Shown here in pieces: positions 51,338 through 63,537 of a stretch of DNA of 64,000 nucleotides; within the stretch, counting starts at the first letter, position 1, and every line of letters starts with the position of its first letter. The position numbers and the translations under genes were made by a program. The notes beneath the pieces are model-generated. The model saw only the letters and a program-made list of their open reading frames with translations, did not search any database and was not told the DNA's origin. The stretch is from NCBI RefSeq assembly GCF_902713615.1, contig NW_024055447.1, positions 923,072 to 987,071 on the forward strand, given 5' to 3'. The DNA comes from Scyliorhinus canicula (taxonomy: Eukaryota).

Positions 51338-51904
51338 GTTCACAATCCGCTGATATACAGGTTACGGTCAATGGAGCAACTGGAGCTGATCCTGATCTGA
51401 TGAAATTTCCCGACTGCAAATTCTCCCCTTCGAACATCCTGTGAAACGGATTTAAAACAGAAAATAGGGAGTGAGCGAGAACCCACAAAAACACAAAGGC
51501 AGATTGTGAAATTGAGCTGAATGAATCTGGTCATTTGTGGGGCCGGCTCTGGGAAAAAGTGACTATGAAAATTGCTGGATTGTTGTAAAACCCAAATGGT
51601 TCAGTCACGTCCTTCAGGGAATGGAACCTGCCAACTGGTCTGGGTCTACACTAGACTCTGACACTCTGCGAGAAGGAGAGAGAAAGGGAGTAGTAGAGGC
51701 TGAATGAATGAAATAAGTATTTAATATATCTTCAACACGAGCAGAACTTTGACAGACTCTCCCGAACTATCGACCTCCACCATCTCAAAGGAGCAGGATA
51801 GCAGGAATATGTGAACACCATCATTTCCAAGTTCCCTCCAACTCACACACCATCCTGACTTATCTGACAGACACTACTGGATGGACAAAGCCATTGTCTT
51901 CATT

Positions 51905-52085
51905 CCCGGTTACAAACTCCGCTCGCTCACCGCCGACTCCATCTCTCATTGCCGGTTACAAACTCCGCTCCCTCACCGCCGACTCCATCTCTCATTGCCG
52001 GTTACAAACTCCGCTCGCTCACCGCCGACTCCATCTCTCATTGCCGGTTACAAACTCCACTCACTCACCGCCGACTCCATCTCTC
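51905..52085. repeat. 46-bp tandem repeat x4
   Basis: Unit ccggttacaaactccgctcgctcaccgccgactccatctctcattg. Confidence 0.88.
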
Positions 52086-52089
52086 TCCC

Positions 52090-52380
52090 TGGGAACTATC
52101 TGAGACTGAATCAGACTCTTCACAATCTCGGTCATATTTCACCCCAAGCTGTGTTTCTGTCCACACATCACTGTAACCGCCTATTTCCACTCAGTAACAT
52201 TGTCCAGTTATGTCCCTGTCTTAGTTCATGTGCTGCTGAAACTCATCCATTCCTTTGTTTCTTCTAAACTGGACTATTCTCATGTGGGTCTTGTCGATCT
52301 CCCAGATGCAACTTCACAGGAATTGGAGGTCATCCAAAGCTCAGCTGCTCCTGCCCTCACTCACACCAGGTCTTGTTCGC
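52090..52380 (+). mobile_element. L2 LINE fragment
   Basis: LCPCLSSCAAE, IHSFVSSKLDYSH, LEVIQSSAA. Confidence 0.7.
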
Positions 52381-54289
52381 CATCACCCCTGTGCTCCCTC
52401 ACTCCCTCGTGGTAATCGCCAGTCCCACAATGCTCTGGGCTCATCTAACTGTGGCCCTCCCCCGGCTCCAGTTCCTCCCCTGTGCTCACAATCTCCTCCC
52501 TGAGCTGCCTGATCCCCTTCAGTCTGTCTGCACCAGCTGCACTGAGCATGCTCAGAACACAGCACGGCCCTGCGTCCTAGCCCTGGGTTCCTTTAGTCAC
52601 CGATAGAGGACTTTCTGACCCATTGGGAATTCTGGGTAATCCCACCGCCATCGAGCTCAATCAGTGAACAGGCAAACCTTTTCCCCAGTTGGTATAAGGG
52701 AAGATCCATGGATGAGGGGGATGGTGGACAGGGAGCAGAATCAGAGGTTCAGACATTGTATTTAATACTCACAGCATAAGCATATTAATCTGATAGGAGA
52801 TCACTTCCACACGAGAAGACAGCAGTGTGAAGCCTCCTGAGATTCTGGTCCCTTCCCAGTCAGTGATTACTGGAGCTGGGAAACAGAAAAGAGTCAGAAT
52901 AAATTCTGGGATTTATTTGTTCAGTTTTACAAGTGGGTCTGCAGTCACATTCAAAGTTTGTGCAGACTGTGAGTAACTGGCTTTATTAACCATCCCTTTC
53001 CAGAAATTGGGGGAAGGTGTCTTGATATTCAGGGCAAATATTACAGGAACTATTTTAAAGCTTGTGTCATCATTTACGCTTTATCGGTACGGGTCATGAC
53101 TAAAGCATTCGTGGGACCTATTTCTTAGAATAGTGGTTAGTTAATAAACTATCAGACTGGGCCTTGAGCCGCATAAATCGAGGCGTTGAGCACAAGAACA
53201 AGAAATTATAAAGTCCTGGTTAGATCACAACATTCCATCCAGCTTTGGTCACCGGTCCTTATGAAGGATATGAGGATCCTGACAGAGTGCTGAGGAGATT
53301 CAGGACGGTTCCATGAGGGAAGTTAGCGGCAAGGTTAGGCTGGAGAAACTGGGCTGGTTCTACACACAGCAAATGAGATTGAGGGAAGATTGATGGAGGT
53401 GCACAAAATTAATACAGGCATAGATCAGGTCGATAAAGAAAAGCTGTTCACATTAGCTGATGGTGCCTGAGATGCAGCACGGAATATGAAGAAGACCTTT
53501 TTTTACACAGAGTGATAACCTGGATCTCACAGCCCTGGAGGGTGGTGGAAGTGGAAATGATTCATCACTTCACAAGAAGAAGGATGATATACTGTGCGGC
53601 TTTTATCAAGGATTTGGCTGCATTAATTGCACGCTGGACGATTGCTTCATATTTAATTTTCTGTCCCACTCCCATTCTGACCTCTCTGCCCTTGGCCTCC
53701 TGAACTATTCCAATGAAGCTCAAAGGGAGCTCGGGGAACAGCAGCTCATCTTTCCATTCAACACTTTACAACCTTCAGAACTCAGCAGTGAGTTCAGCAG
53801 TTTCTGCAGCAACAGAAGTTTCAGCATCTGGAACTCTCTCCCTGAAAAGGTGCCAGAACCGGATTCTATGTTTAGAATGTGTCTGCTCGTCCGAGATTCC
53901 CCAACCAGTGGAAATAATTCCTCTATATCTACCTCGTCAGTTCCAATTAATGTCCTGAAAACTTTGATCAATTCCTTTTTAATCTCCTAAATTCCAAGGA
54001 TTACAACCCTGATAATCAGGGCAAAGGGGTTAGGGAGGGGGGAGATATAATTAATGGCATAGTGCTAAAGATTGTACAGGGGACTGGGGTGTCTAAGTGC
54101 TTTTCTCTCTGAAGTGACAGGATATATTCAGAGCAGTTAGCAAAGCAGTTCTGCAGAAGGATCATTTAGATCCGAAAATTAACTCTGATTCTTTCTTCAC
54201 AGATGCTGTCAGATCTGCTGAGCTAATCCAGAATTTTCTGTTTTTATCTCAGATTTCAAGAACCTGCAGTATTTTGCTTTTATTAAATT

Positions 54290-54870
54290 GTCTCTTGAGC
54301 TGATAAATGGTATTAATGAGCACAAAGTAGAAGTTTTACTGCTTTACCGCCCGTACTGCGCTGTAAAGTTCTATAAAGCTCTGATTAGGCCACAATTCGA
54401 GTATTGCGTCCATTTCTGGGCACCACTCTTCAGGAAGAATGTGAAGGTTCTTGAGAAGATGCATAAGAGATTTTACAGAATGGTTCCAGCAAGGGAGGTT
54501 GAGGAGATTTGATTCAGGTGTAGAAGATTCTGATGGGTTTCGGTAAAATAGACAAAGAAAATCTGTTTCCATTCACTGATTGTACGAGGACTTGGGACAC
54601 ATTCAGGTTTTGGGTAAACGATCTGGGAGATGTGAAGGGGAACGATTTTATAGTCAGTGGTAATGACCCTAAAGTTACAGCTGAGGGAAGGGCAGAAATG
54701 GACACGGTGAATATTTTCAAAAGGAAATTGGATAAATATTTAATGGAAATAAACCTGCGAGGATAGAGGGATGAAACAGGGGAATTGGACTGACTGGACT
54801 GCTCGAAAGAGAGAGAGAGAGAGCTAGTATCAACTCACTGGGCCAAATCGCCTCCGCTGTGCCACACTGA
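54290..54870 (+). mobile_element. CR1 LINE 3' end
   Basis: FYKALIRPQFEYCVHFWAPLFRKNVKVLEKMHKRF, tail gggccaaatcgcctcc. Confidence 0.8.
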
Positions 54871-55699
54871 CTCTCTGACTATAATCTCACCGTATAATTT
54901 AACTTTGGGATTCAGCAGCGGTACAGTAGTTAGCACTGCTGCCTCACAGCGTCAGGGACCCGGGTTCAATTCCGGTTTCTGTGTGGTGTTTGTACATTCT
55001 CCCGTGTCTGCGTGGGTTTCCTCTGGGTGCTCCGGTTTCCTCCCACCGTCCAAAGATGTGCAGGTTAGTGGATTGGCTATGCTAAATTGCCCCTTAATGT
55101 CCAAGGATGTGCAGGTTAAGTTCTGAGTTATGGGTACAAGGTGGGTGGATGGAGGAAGCATAAATGGGTGGAGTGCACATTTGAAGGGTTGGTGCAGACT
55201 TGATGGGCTGAACTGTAGGGATTCGATTATCTTATGATCACTCTGGGAAATCGGTGCTCCACACTCCCTCTGAGGCCATTCTATTCTAAGGTTTGTTGCC
55301 CACTGCTGAGCTTTCAAGGTGTGGTTGAACCAGGGTTTGTGAAACTCGGGGTAATTCCAGTCACTCTGGGACCTAGAATCTTCTCACACAGACAGAACAA
55401 TCAAACATTTTACCTTGCACACTCAGATGCTGCTGATATTCAGGTTCTGATGTATCGCTGACTGTCAGATCACAATGTGATGCTTGATTTAAGTTTCCCA
55501 TTGATCAATCCTCCACTTTTAACTTCCTGTAAAAGAAAATTACAAAGACCTTCAACTGCTATTCTAAGATATAGATTGAGGCTACATAAAAATTGTCTTG
55601 GTTTGAGTTTGCTGTGTGTAAATCCTCCCCTTCCAACCCCTGTAAAAGGAGTTTCTAGAATCCATCCCCTAGTCACAACATTCTCTCCTCCTGCTGACA

Positions 55700-56060
55700 G
55701 GACAGGAAGCACTGCACATGCGCCCTGCTGCAAAATGGCTGCTGTTATTCTGGGCCTGTGACGCAGAGCAGCCCAACAACGTCCTTTGCAAACACAGGAT
55801 CAGTAGCTTCTTATTCGGGGTTTGAGGCATTCATGCTGTGTTTATAAAGCCCCCCTCCCAACCACTCCGCTGTCTCTTCCCTCCACCTCGCGGCCCCGTG
55901 GCTCAGTTCACCCGATCATTTTTTCCCCTCGCCGCCCAAGTCCAGGCACGTACCGCACTGCGCATGCCCCAGTCAGAGACCGCAGTGCGCATGCTCCAGT
56001 CAGAGACCGCACTGCGCATTCTCCACTTACAGCTTGGTGGTGCGCCTGCCTGAGAAGCTC
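55700..56060 (-). promoter_or_regulatory. Promoter / exon 1 of the 51-kb ZNF, with a 27-bp NRF1-type repeat x3
   Basis: Donor GTAAGT on the minus strand at 56030-56025; (gaccgcactgcgcatgccccagtcaga)x3 at ~55952-56020; GCCATTTT then GGGCGCATGTGC on the minus strand at ~55715-55742. Confidence 0.7.
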
Positions 56061-56480
56061 CTGTGGGTTGAATAGGACACAGTCTTCCACGCGGAGAATG
56101 CTGGGTATGTATCCAACCATTGAGAGGCAACATTGATCAATCGAAATTGTTGCTTTGTGATCCGATTTCGATTGGAGCCACATGCCAAGATGTCACATTA
56201 TTAAATTAATTTATACAGCAACCAAAGTGGCTTTTCACAGTAACTTCATTGAAGCATACTCGTGACAATAAGCGATTTTCATTTTCAAGTGCATGCGCAG
56301 TATCTGAATGATACTAAATGGGAGGCACGGGGGCATAGTGGCTAGCACTGCTGCTTCACAGCACCAGATACCCGGCTGCTGAAATCTGAAATAAAAACAC
56401 ATGTCCAGCCAGTTGCAAAGTTCCAGTGATGCCCAATGTAAACTGGAAGAACAACACCTCATCTTCCTGTTAGACGCTTT

Positions 56481-56590
56481 ACAGCCTCTCCCATCTGCCT
56501 TTTCAGCCTCCCCCATCTGCCTTTAGAGCCTCCCCCATCTGCCTTTACAGCCTCCCCCATCTGCCTTTACAGCCTCCCCCATCTGCTCTT
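56481..56590. repeat. ~22-bp tandem repeat x5
   Basis: Unit cagcctcccccatctgccttta. Confidence 0.85.
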
Positions 56591-58532
56591 CACTGTTCAG
56601 TGCTTCCATTTCATATTCGGCTGTCTCACCACTTTTCCACCGTTAATACTCTTCATTCCTTAAAGACCCCTCTATTATTTCCTTGACAAATTTGTCCATG
56701 CGGCAGAGTGGTTAGCACTATTGCCTCACAGCACCTGGGACCCGGGTTCAATTCGACCTTGGGAGTTTGCACATTCTCCCCTTGCCTGCATGGTTTTCCT
56801 CGTGGTGCTCCGGTTTCCTCCCACAGTCCAAAGATGTCCGGCTCTGGTGGATTGGCTGTGCTAAATTGCCTCTTAGTGGGCCTAGGTAGGGAGTGGGAGC
56901 TCTTTCAGAGGATCAGTGCAGACGTGGTGAGCCGAATGGCCTCCATCTGCACTGTCGGGATTCCATATCTGTAGGTGGATTGGCCGTGCTAAATTGGCCC
57001 TTAGTGTCCAAACATGTGCAGGTTAGTTTGGGTTACAGGGTTTCAGTGATAGGGCGGGAGCCTGGTTCGGGTGCTCTTTCAGAAGATCGGTGCAGACTCG
57101 ATGGGCTGAATGGCCTCATTATGCATTGTAGGTATGTATTCTATTCTGTTCTTTTCTATTCTACTGGTCTTCTATTCTGCCCCACCTCCTGTGCCCCTTT
57201 TCAACTATATACTTCTGTCCATTCCTACCCTACCCTCCTATACTGCTGTGAAGGATCATTTAAATGATGTACTGGTAAACTCAGTTTCTCTCCACAGATG
57301 TTGGCAGACCAGCTAATCTATCCAGCAATGTCTGATTTCATGCTGACAGTAATGTTGCCCATAAAGACAGATCTCAGCAATATGGTAATTGAAGCAGAGG
57401 AAATGGCAGAGATGGTTACAAATCACTTGTTCTCGGTCCTTCCTGTGGAGGTAAAGCAGAAAGAGAGACGCGGAAAGGAGGTTCTGTGCGGATCTGCTCA
57501 CTGCCGCCTTTCCCATTCACTAACGGGATTTGACCAACAGAATTGTTCACATCTTGCACAAGGAAAGATCAAATCCAATTGGCACCTCCATTTCAAATCT
57601 GTTGTGAAGTAACAATGACGAGGACACGTCGTCACATTTGCTGATTGAAAACTGGACAGAAACATTATCAAATCTTTCACATTAAACGTGAGACAAGTTA
57701 GAAAGATTTAAGTTTGTTGCTGGAAGTTATGGGAATCTCGGGTGCTGCAGCCAATTCTATTTACTTTTACCCCGGCCTCAAAATGCATTCAACAAATCAG
57801 AAATGCTGAATTGTCATGGTGCAATGAGATGGAAAATATGTTCGCATTTTGACAAAGTTCACATATTAGCGGTCCGTTCAGTCCACAACAGAATGTAATT
57901 GGTTTACAGATGCAGGTTTAATCACCGTCTGAAACATGAGCATAAAGACAGACACAAGCGATTCTGTGACTGAATTGGAGGAAATGGCAGAGATTTTAAT
58001 ATAATCCATTTTTTAAAAATCTGTCTTCCTGATAGCGAAATAGGAAAAGCCACTCGGGGAGATGAGAAAAACGAGGCTCGGTACAGATCCTGTGGCGTCC
58101 CTCTTTCTTCAACGCGAACGGGGTGAAGGCGTCAGAATGTCTCAGACACAGAACACATTTTGTGTCCACATCTTCTGGTCCAGTGAAACGTTGATCATTA
58201 AGTCAAACTGGGCACGGATTCGACAGACATTCCTTTTTTAAAAGCGAATTGGACGATCAGCTGTAATGGAGAAAACTCAAGGTAATTGAAAGAGAGAAAA
58301 ACATTGAGACTAATCAGAAGATTGTTCTTTTGAGAAGCTGGTCGAGGTGATCGAAGTGCCACTTATTGCGTTTTGCCATTTTATGGTTACATTGATTTAT
58401 TAGTATCTCTGCAGCATTCCTAATGAGAACAGCCGAATTCTAAAAAACAAAGGTCCCAAAGTGTGACTGAGTGACAGAACAGTGTCCGCTTTCTACACAA
58501 TGAACATCAGCTGGAGTGAACGTCAGCTAGCG

Positions 58533-58603
58533 GTTTCTGTAGTGTAGTGGTTATAACGTTCGCCTCACATGCGAAAGGTCCCGGATCAATCTGGGCAGAA
58601 ACA
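58533..58603 (+). pseudogene. tRNA-Val(CAC) pseudogene
   Basis: GTTTCTGTAGTGTAGTGGTTATAACGTTCGCCT-CAC-ATGCGAAAGGTCCCGGATCAATCTGGGCAGAAACA. Acceptor and anticodon arms pair; the T-loop/B-box is damaged; no T4 terminator. Confidence 0.85.
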
Positions 58604-58932
58604 TTATGGACATTCCTCATTTGGCGATGAATTGTATTCTTGCTGTTTTCTGTTTACCCATTAAGAGAATCCATGACCCGTTTCAAATGATATCCTACAA
58701 AATCCACCATTATGGGGACTGGAAGGAATCGATCAGAGAGTTCACACGTGTTAAGTGTGAATGGTTTTCTAATGAGCTGCGACATTTTCTGGTTCTAATA
58801 ATAATGTTAAATAAATTTATCTGCCGTTTGTCTAAGTTTTCAGCCGAATTGAACTCCCTCAAAAGAAGGTTGTTCAGTGCAACAAGAATGCAGGTTTCCT
58901 GATCTCGGTCAGAGGGTTAAACACGGTGTTTT

Positions 58933-59007
58933 ATTTATGTGGTGTGGTGGTTGTCATGTTTACTTTACACTTTTAAAAAACCCTGGATTGGAAACCGCGT
59001 AAAAATA
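58933..59007 (+). pseudogene. Highly degenerate tRNA-Val(TAC) relic
   Basis: gtggtgtggtggttgtcatgtttactTTACACtt.... It sits at the same position in the inverted duplicate as the 63464-63537 copy. Confidence 0.6.
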
Positions 59008-59707
59008 TTGTCAAATCCCATTCGTTTAAGTGTTTGGGAAAAGTTGCATAATTGACATTTTTATTGTCACACATCCCGAATAACCCTTGAACTGAGTTAA
59101 TCTGCCGTGTGGAACCCCGGTTCCCAGAGCTTCAGCCTGATTCTCTGCATTGCCAGTTTAGTGACAATAACACAACTCAACACCAACTATCAGCCCCAGT
59201 GAATCCGCTCTCGATTATTACCTGAATATAATATTTTACAAAGCAAATGTCATTTGCTCTCATATATGCCGGAAAATGCATTCAGGAGAAGCAGAAGTGC
59301 TGAAAATTGCCGGCACACTGAGCAGGAACATAGATGCTCCTGTTTTGACTCGTCAAAAATATTAACTGTTCGTTCAATGGTGATAAATGCAGGTCAGAGG
59401 CCGGGACTCTCTCTGTTAATATAATAAATTGATTAACACTAAAAGACCGGCTGGGAATACTGCGAAGAGTAATTCACCCCCTCCCCCACTTTCCAGCGTC
59501 CTCACCATCAGCAGTTACACGTCAGAAATTCAATGGCTCAAAGGGCAAAGCTGGCTGGGTGGATTGGCCATGCGAAATGACTGGGTTACGGGGATATTCT
59601 CTTTAGAATATACTGGAATTTGTCAAAAAGGCTCATAAATTGGGTTAAAATTAATAAATAAGAATTTTTTTCATAGACTTTGCAAACTGATGTGGAAAAA
59701 TTTGCAA

Positions 59708-59761
59708 CGAGCCAGCCAGGAGTCGAACCTAGAATCTCCTGATCCATTGCGCCACTGGCCC
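59708..59761 (-). pseudogene. tRNA-Arg(ACG)-derived gene lacking the anticodon arm (54 nt)
   Basis: GGGCCAGTGGCGCAATGGAT^CAGGAGATTCTAGGTTCGACTCCTGGCTGGCTCG equals vertebrate tRNA-Arg-ACG (as recalled) minus 19 nt between GGAT repeats. A-box and B-box are intact; TTTTT lies 7 nt downstream (59700-59696). Confidence 0.85.
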
Positions 59762-60204
59762 ACAGCGAAGTGAAACTGTTACAAATTGGTTCAATATGTC
59801 ACACAGACTATTTATCCCAAAGTGCTTCACAACTCTGGGGGGAATTCTCTCAGGATCCCGCCCCCCCCCCCGGGCGGATTGGATCGGAGTCGGGGTTGAA
59901 TTTGGTGACAATGTAAAATACACCAATGCTGTTCCCAGCCTGGGAGGTCATCCCCGAAAAACAGAAAGAATGAGCTGCCAGTTGTGGGATCGTGTCCAGC
60001 GTCTGTTTGTGGGGAAATGCAGTTGGTGAATGGCCAGGCTGGAGTAACACTGACCAGGACATAAAACAACAAGTGAATGAATGTAAGTTTGGAAATTCTG
60101 GACAAACTGCAGGCTCTGTTTCCCCTGCTGCATTTATTCCCCTGGAACTGATACTCTCATTTTCTGTTTTCATCAAATGTCCGAATGCTGTAAAGTTCCG
60201 ATCA

Positions 60205-60223
60205 TGTCCACCAGAGGGCGACA
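60205..60223 (+). promoter_or_regulatory. CTCF core-motif match
   Basis: TGTCCACCAGAGGGCGACA versus the consensus TGGCCACCAGGGGGCGCTA. Confidence 0.6.
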
Positions 60224-60379
60224 TGACCACATGTTTCCTCATCAAATACCCGCCATAATATTCACCTTAAGTTGCTGTCTCAGTCAATGGTTCCTCTCTG
60301 TTTTCAAACATACGAGCAGGTGAACTAGAAGCAGAAGTTGGCCATTCGGCCCCTTCAGGCTGTTCTACCATTCAATAAG

Positions 60380-60711
60380 ATGTGGAGATGCCGGCGTTGG
60401 ACTGGGGTGAACACAGTAAGAAGCCTTACAACACCAGTTTAAAGTCCAACAGGTTTGTTTCAAACACGAGCTTTCGGAGCACAGCTCCTTCCTCAGGTGT
60501 GTAAAGAGGTGGGTTGTACCACCAGATATATAGACACAGTCAATGATACAAAGACTCGCATTCATTGTATCACCTTGCATCACTGACTGTCGATATATGT
60601 GGTTATGGAACCCACCTCTTCATTCACTCGATGAAGGAGCAGTTCTCCGAAAGCTAGTGATTTGAAACAAACCTGTTGGACTTTAACCTAGTGTTGAAAG
60701 ACTTCTTACTG
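60380..60711. mobile_element. 332-bp non-autonomous palindromic Penelope-like element with 9-bp TSD
   Basis: TSD TTCAATAAG at 60371-60379 and 60712-60720. 60414-60711 is a near-complete inverted repeat. Confidence 0.8.
60465..60499 (-). ncRNA. Minimal type-I hammerhead ribozyme motif (PLE type)
   Basis: CAC-CUGAGGA-A-GGAGC-UGU-GCUCC-GAA-AGCU-C-GUG: core, stem II, palindromic stem III and stem I are all present. Confidence 0.7.
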
Positions 60712-62405
60712 TTCAATAAGCTGGCTGCTCTGTTTGTGTTTCGAATTCCACATTCCCATCATGCAAACAGACGACATTTGATTCTGTGATACTAACTGGT
60801 TTGTTTAATAGCATGATATACACATGGTAGCACATACAAACAGATGAGATAGAAGCAGAAGTCGGCCATTCGGTCCCTTCAGCCTGTTCTGCTATTCACT
60901 GAGACCATGGCTGGTCTGTTTGTGTTTCGAATTCCACATTGCCATCATGCAAACAGACGAAATAAGCTTCAGTGAAACTGAATATTCTGTTTTCTAGAAT
61001 GATACAGCACATGTGCAGAGTTCGAAAGATGCTCAACAGACACTCGAGGAACAGCAGCGCATCTTTCCACTGGGCTCAATACAGCTTTCACACTCAGTGT
61101 GTGTTCAGCAGTTTCACACTGTAAATGCTGCACCCATTTTGTGTGTCCTTACATCGCAGATTTGGGTTTGAATCTTGTTTCCACTTGTTCTTTATGTCCG
61201 GGACCGGGCGGCAATTGTTGATCAATCTGCCATCGATAGCTCCTCCAGGCACATCTTTTGTTTCTTTGTTTCTTCCATTGCGCCAACAGAGAGCTGGCAC
61301 AGACATGGCGGCCCGAATGGCCTCATTCTGTGGCGTCATTATTCTCTGATTTGATGCTAACTTCACCCTGTGGCCAGGGAAGCCAAGGCCTTTTCTCATT
61401 TAATCTCTCCTGACTTGCCCCCTATTAGAGCCCTTTCCTGTTGTTCTGTTTCCTCCTTCCGGGAGTTCACTTGGTTAAGACGTCCTACATTTCTAACCTG
61501 TCCCGGTTTTAATGGAAGGTCAAGGAGGTGAAAGATGATTTTTTTCCCGTGTCCACAAAAGCTGCCTGACTGCCTGAGATTTCCCAGCATTTTCCGCAGA
61601 TTTCTGATTGGCTGTGGGTGGCAATGAAAGTATCTGTTGCCTCAATCAGTGTCAATCAGGGAATCAATACATTCCCGAGAAAATGGAGACATTTAAGGCT
61701 GAGTGGACATTCACTAATCCAGGTGACCCCATGATGGTGGATTCAGGCAGCTCTCTGTCAGTTTCATTTTATTAATTCGAGGATGTGAATATCGCTGGCG
61801 AGGCCAGGGTTTATTGCCCAGAACTCTTTGCCCTTGAGAAGGTGGTGGTGAGCTGCTTCCTGAACCGCTGCAGTCCATTGGTGTAGGTACACCTACAGTG
61901 CTGTTAGGGAGGGAGTTCCAGGATTATGTCCCAGTGACAGTGAAGGCACAACCATTTATATTTCCAAGTAATAATCTTAATTATTGTCACAAGTAGTCTT
62001 ACATTAACAATGCAATGAAGTTACTGTGAAAATGGTCGGGATAGGGAGTGGCGGGAAAGGAAACTTTCAGGGTGTCGGGGTGTTGGGTTTGGAAGGTGCT
62101 GTCTGAGATGACTTTGGTGAGTTCCTGCAGCCATCCAGGCAAGTGGAGAGTATTCCCTCACACTCCTGACTTGTGAGTGTAGATGGTGGACAGGTTTTGT
62201 GGCGTTAGGAGGTGAGTTACTCGCTGCAGGATTCCCAGCCTCCGACCTGCATTTGTCGACATTGAACAAACTGTTCATATTTGTGCCGAGTCAAAATAGG
62301 AGCATCTGTGTTCCTGCTCAGTGTGCCGGCAATTTTCAGCTAATCCTGAATGCATTTTGAGGTACATGTCAGAGCGAATGACACATGCTTGAAAGTTATT
62401 ATATT

Positions 62406-63301
62406 CAGGTAATATTGGATAGTGGATTCACTGGGGGAGTGGCTGGTGGGTGAATAGTGTAACTGGCTCCGGACCAGGTAATATTGGACAGTGGATTCAC
62501 TGGGGGAGTGGCTGGGGGGGAATAGTGTAACTGGCTCTGGACCAGGTAATATTGGACAGTGGATTCACTGGGGGAGTGGCTGGTGGGGGAATAGTGTAAC
62601 TGGCTCTGGACCAGGTAATATTGGACAGTGGATTCACTGGGGGAATGGCTGGCGGGTGAATAGTGTAACTGGCTCTGGACCAGGTAATATTGGACAGTGG
62701 ATTCACTGGGGGAGTGGCTGGTGGGTGAATAGTGTAACTGGCTCTGGACCAGGTAATATTGGACAGTGGATTCACTGGGGGAGTGGCTGGTGGGTGAATA
62801 GTGTAACTGGCTCTGGACCAGGTAATATTGGACAGTGGATTCACTGGGGGAGTGGCTGGTGGGTGAATAGTGTAACTGTCTCTGGACCAGGTAATATTGG
62901 ACAGTGGATTCACTGGGGGAGTGGCTGGTGGGGGAATAGTGTAACTGGCTCTGGACCAGGTAATATTGGACAGTGGATTCACTGGGGGAGTGGCTGGTGG
63001 GTGAATAGTGTAACTGTCTCTGGACCAGGTAATATTGGACAGTGGATTCACTGGGGGAGTGGCTGGTGGGTGAATAGTGTAACTGGCTCTGGACCAGGTA
63101 ATATTGGACAGTGGATTCACTGGGGGAGTGGCTGGTGGGTGAATAGTGTAACTGGCTCTGGACCAGGTAATATTGGACAGTGGATTCACTGGGGGAGTGG
63201 CTGGTGGGTGAATAGTGTAACTGGCTCTGGACCAGGTAATATTGGACAGTGGATTCACTGGGGGAGTGGCTGGTGGTTGAATAGTGTAACTGGCTCTGGA
63301 T
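62406..63301. repeat. 69-bp minisatellite, 13 copies
   Basis: Unit caggtaatattggacagtggattcactgggggagtggctggtgggtgaatagtgtaactggctctggac. Starts at 62406, 62475, 62543 (the preceding unit is 68 bp), then every 69 bp to 63233. Confidence 0.95.
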
Positions 63302-63463
63302 CAGTAAAGCAGAGAACCAGGCTGAAGCTCTGGGGATCGGGGTTCCACACGGCAGATTCACTCAGCGACTCAATTCAAGGGCAATTCAGGATGGGTGTAA
63401 ATGGATAAAGAAAATGTCAATCATGTAACTTTTCCACACACGGAAATGAATGGGGGTTGATAA

Positions 63464-63537
63464 TGTTTCTGTGCGGGTTTAAACCGAGAGCCTTAATGTG
63501 TGTAAAGCAAACATGATAATCGCTACACCACAGAAAC
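63464..63537 (-). pseudogene. tRNA-Val(TAC) pseudogene
   Basis: GTTTCTG-TGGTGTAGCGATTATCATGTTTGCTT-TAC-ACACATTAAGGCTCTCGGTTTAAACCCGCA-CAGAAAC-A. Acceptor stem is perfect; anticodon and T stems are broken. Confidence 0.75.

Noticed and set aside
59390-59470. 5S rRNA-like stretch (gaccggctgggaatact)
   Set aside because: The similarity covers only ~17 nt and the rest of 5S is absent.
62405-63408. Three long ORFs (318, 305 and 253 aa) with 23-aa repeats
   Set aside because: They are by-products of a 69-bp (3n) stop-poor minisatellite, open on both strands, with no promoter or splice context. The seed in the duplicate copy is non-coding.
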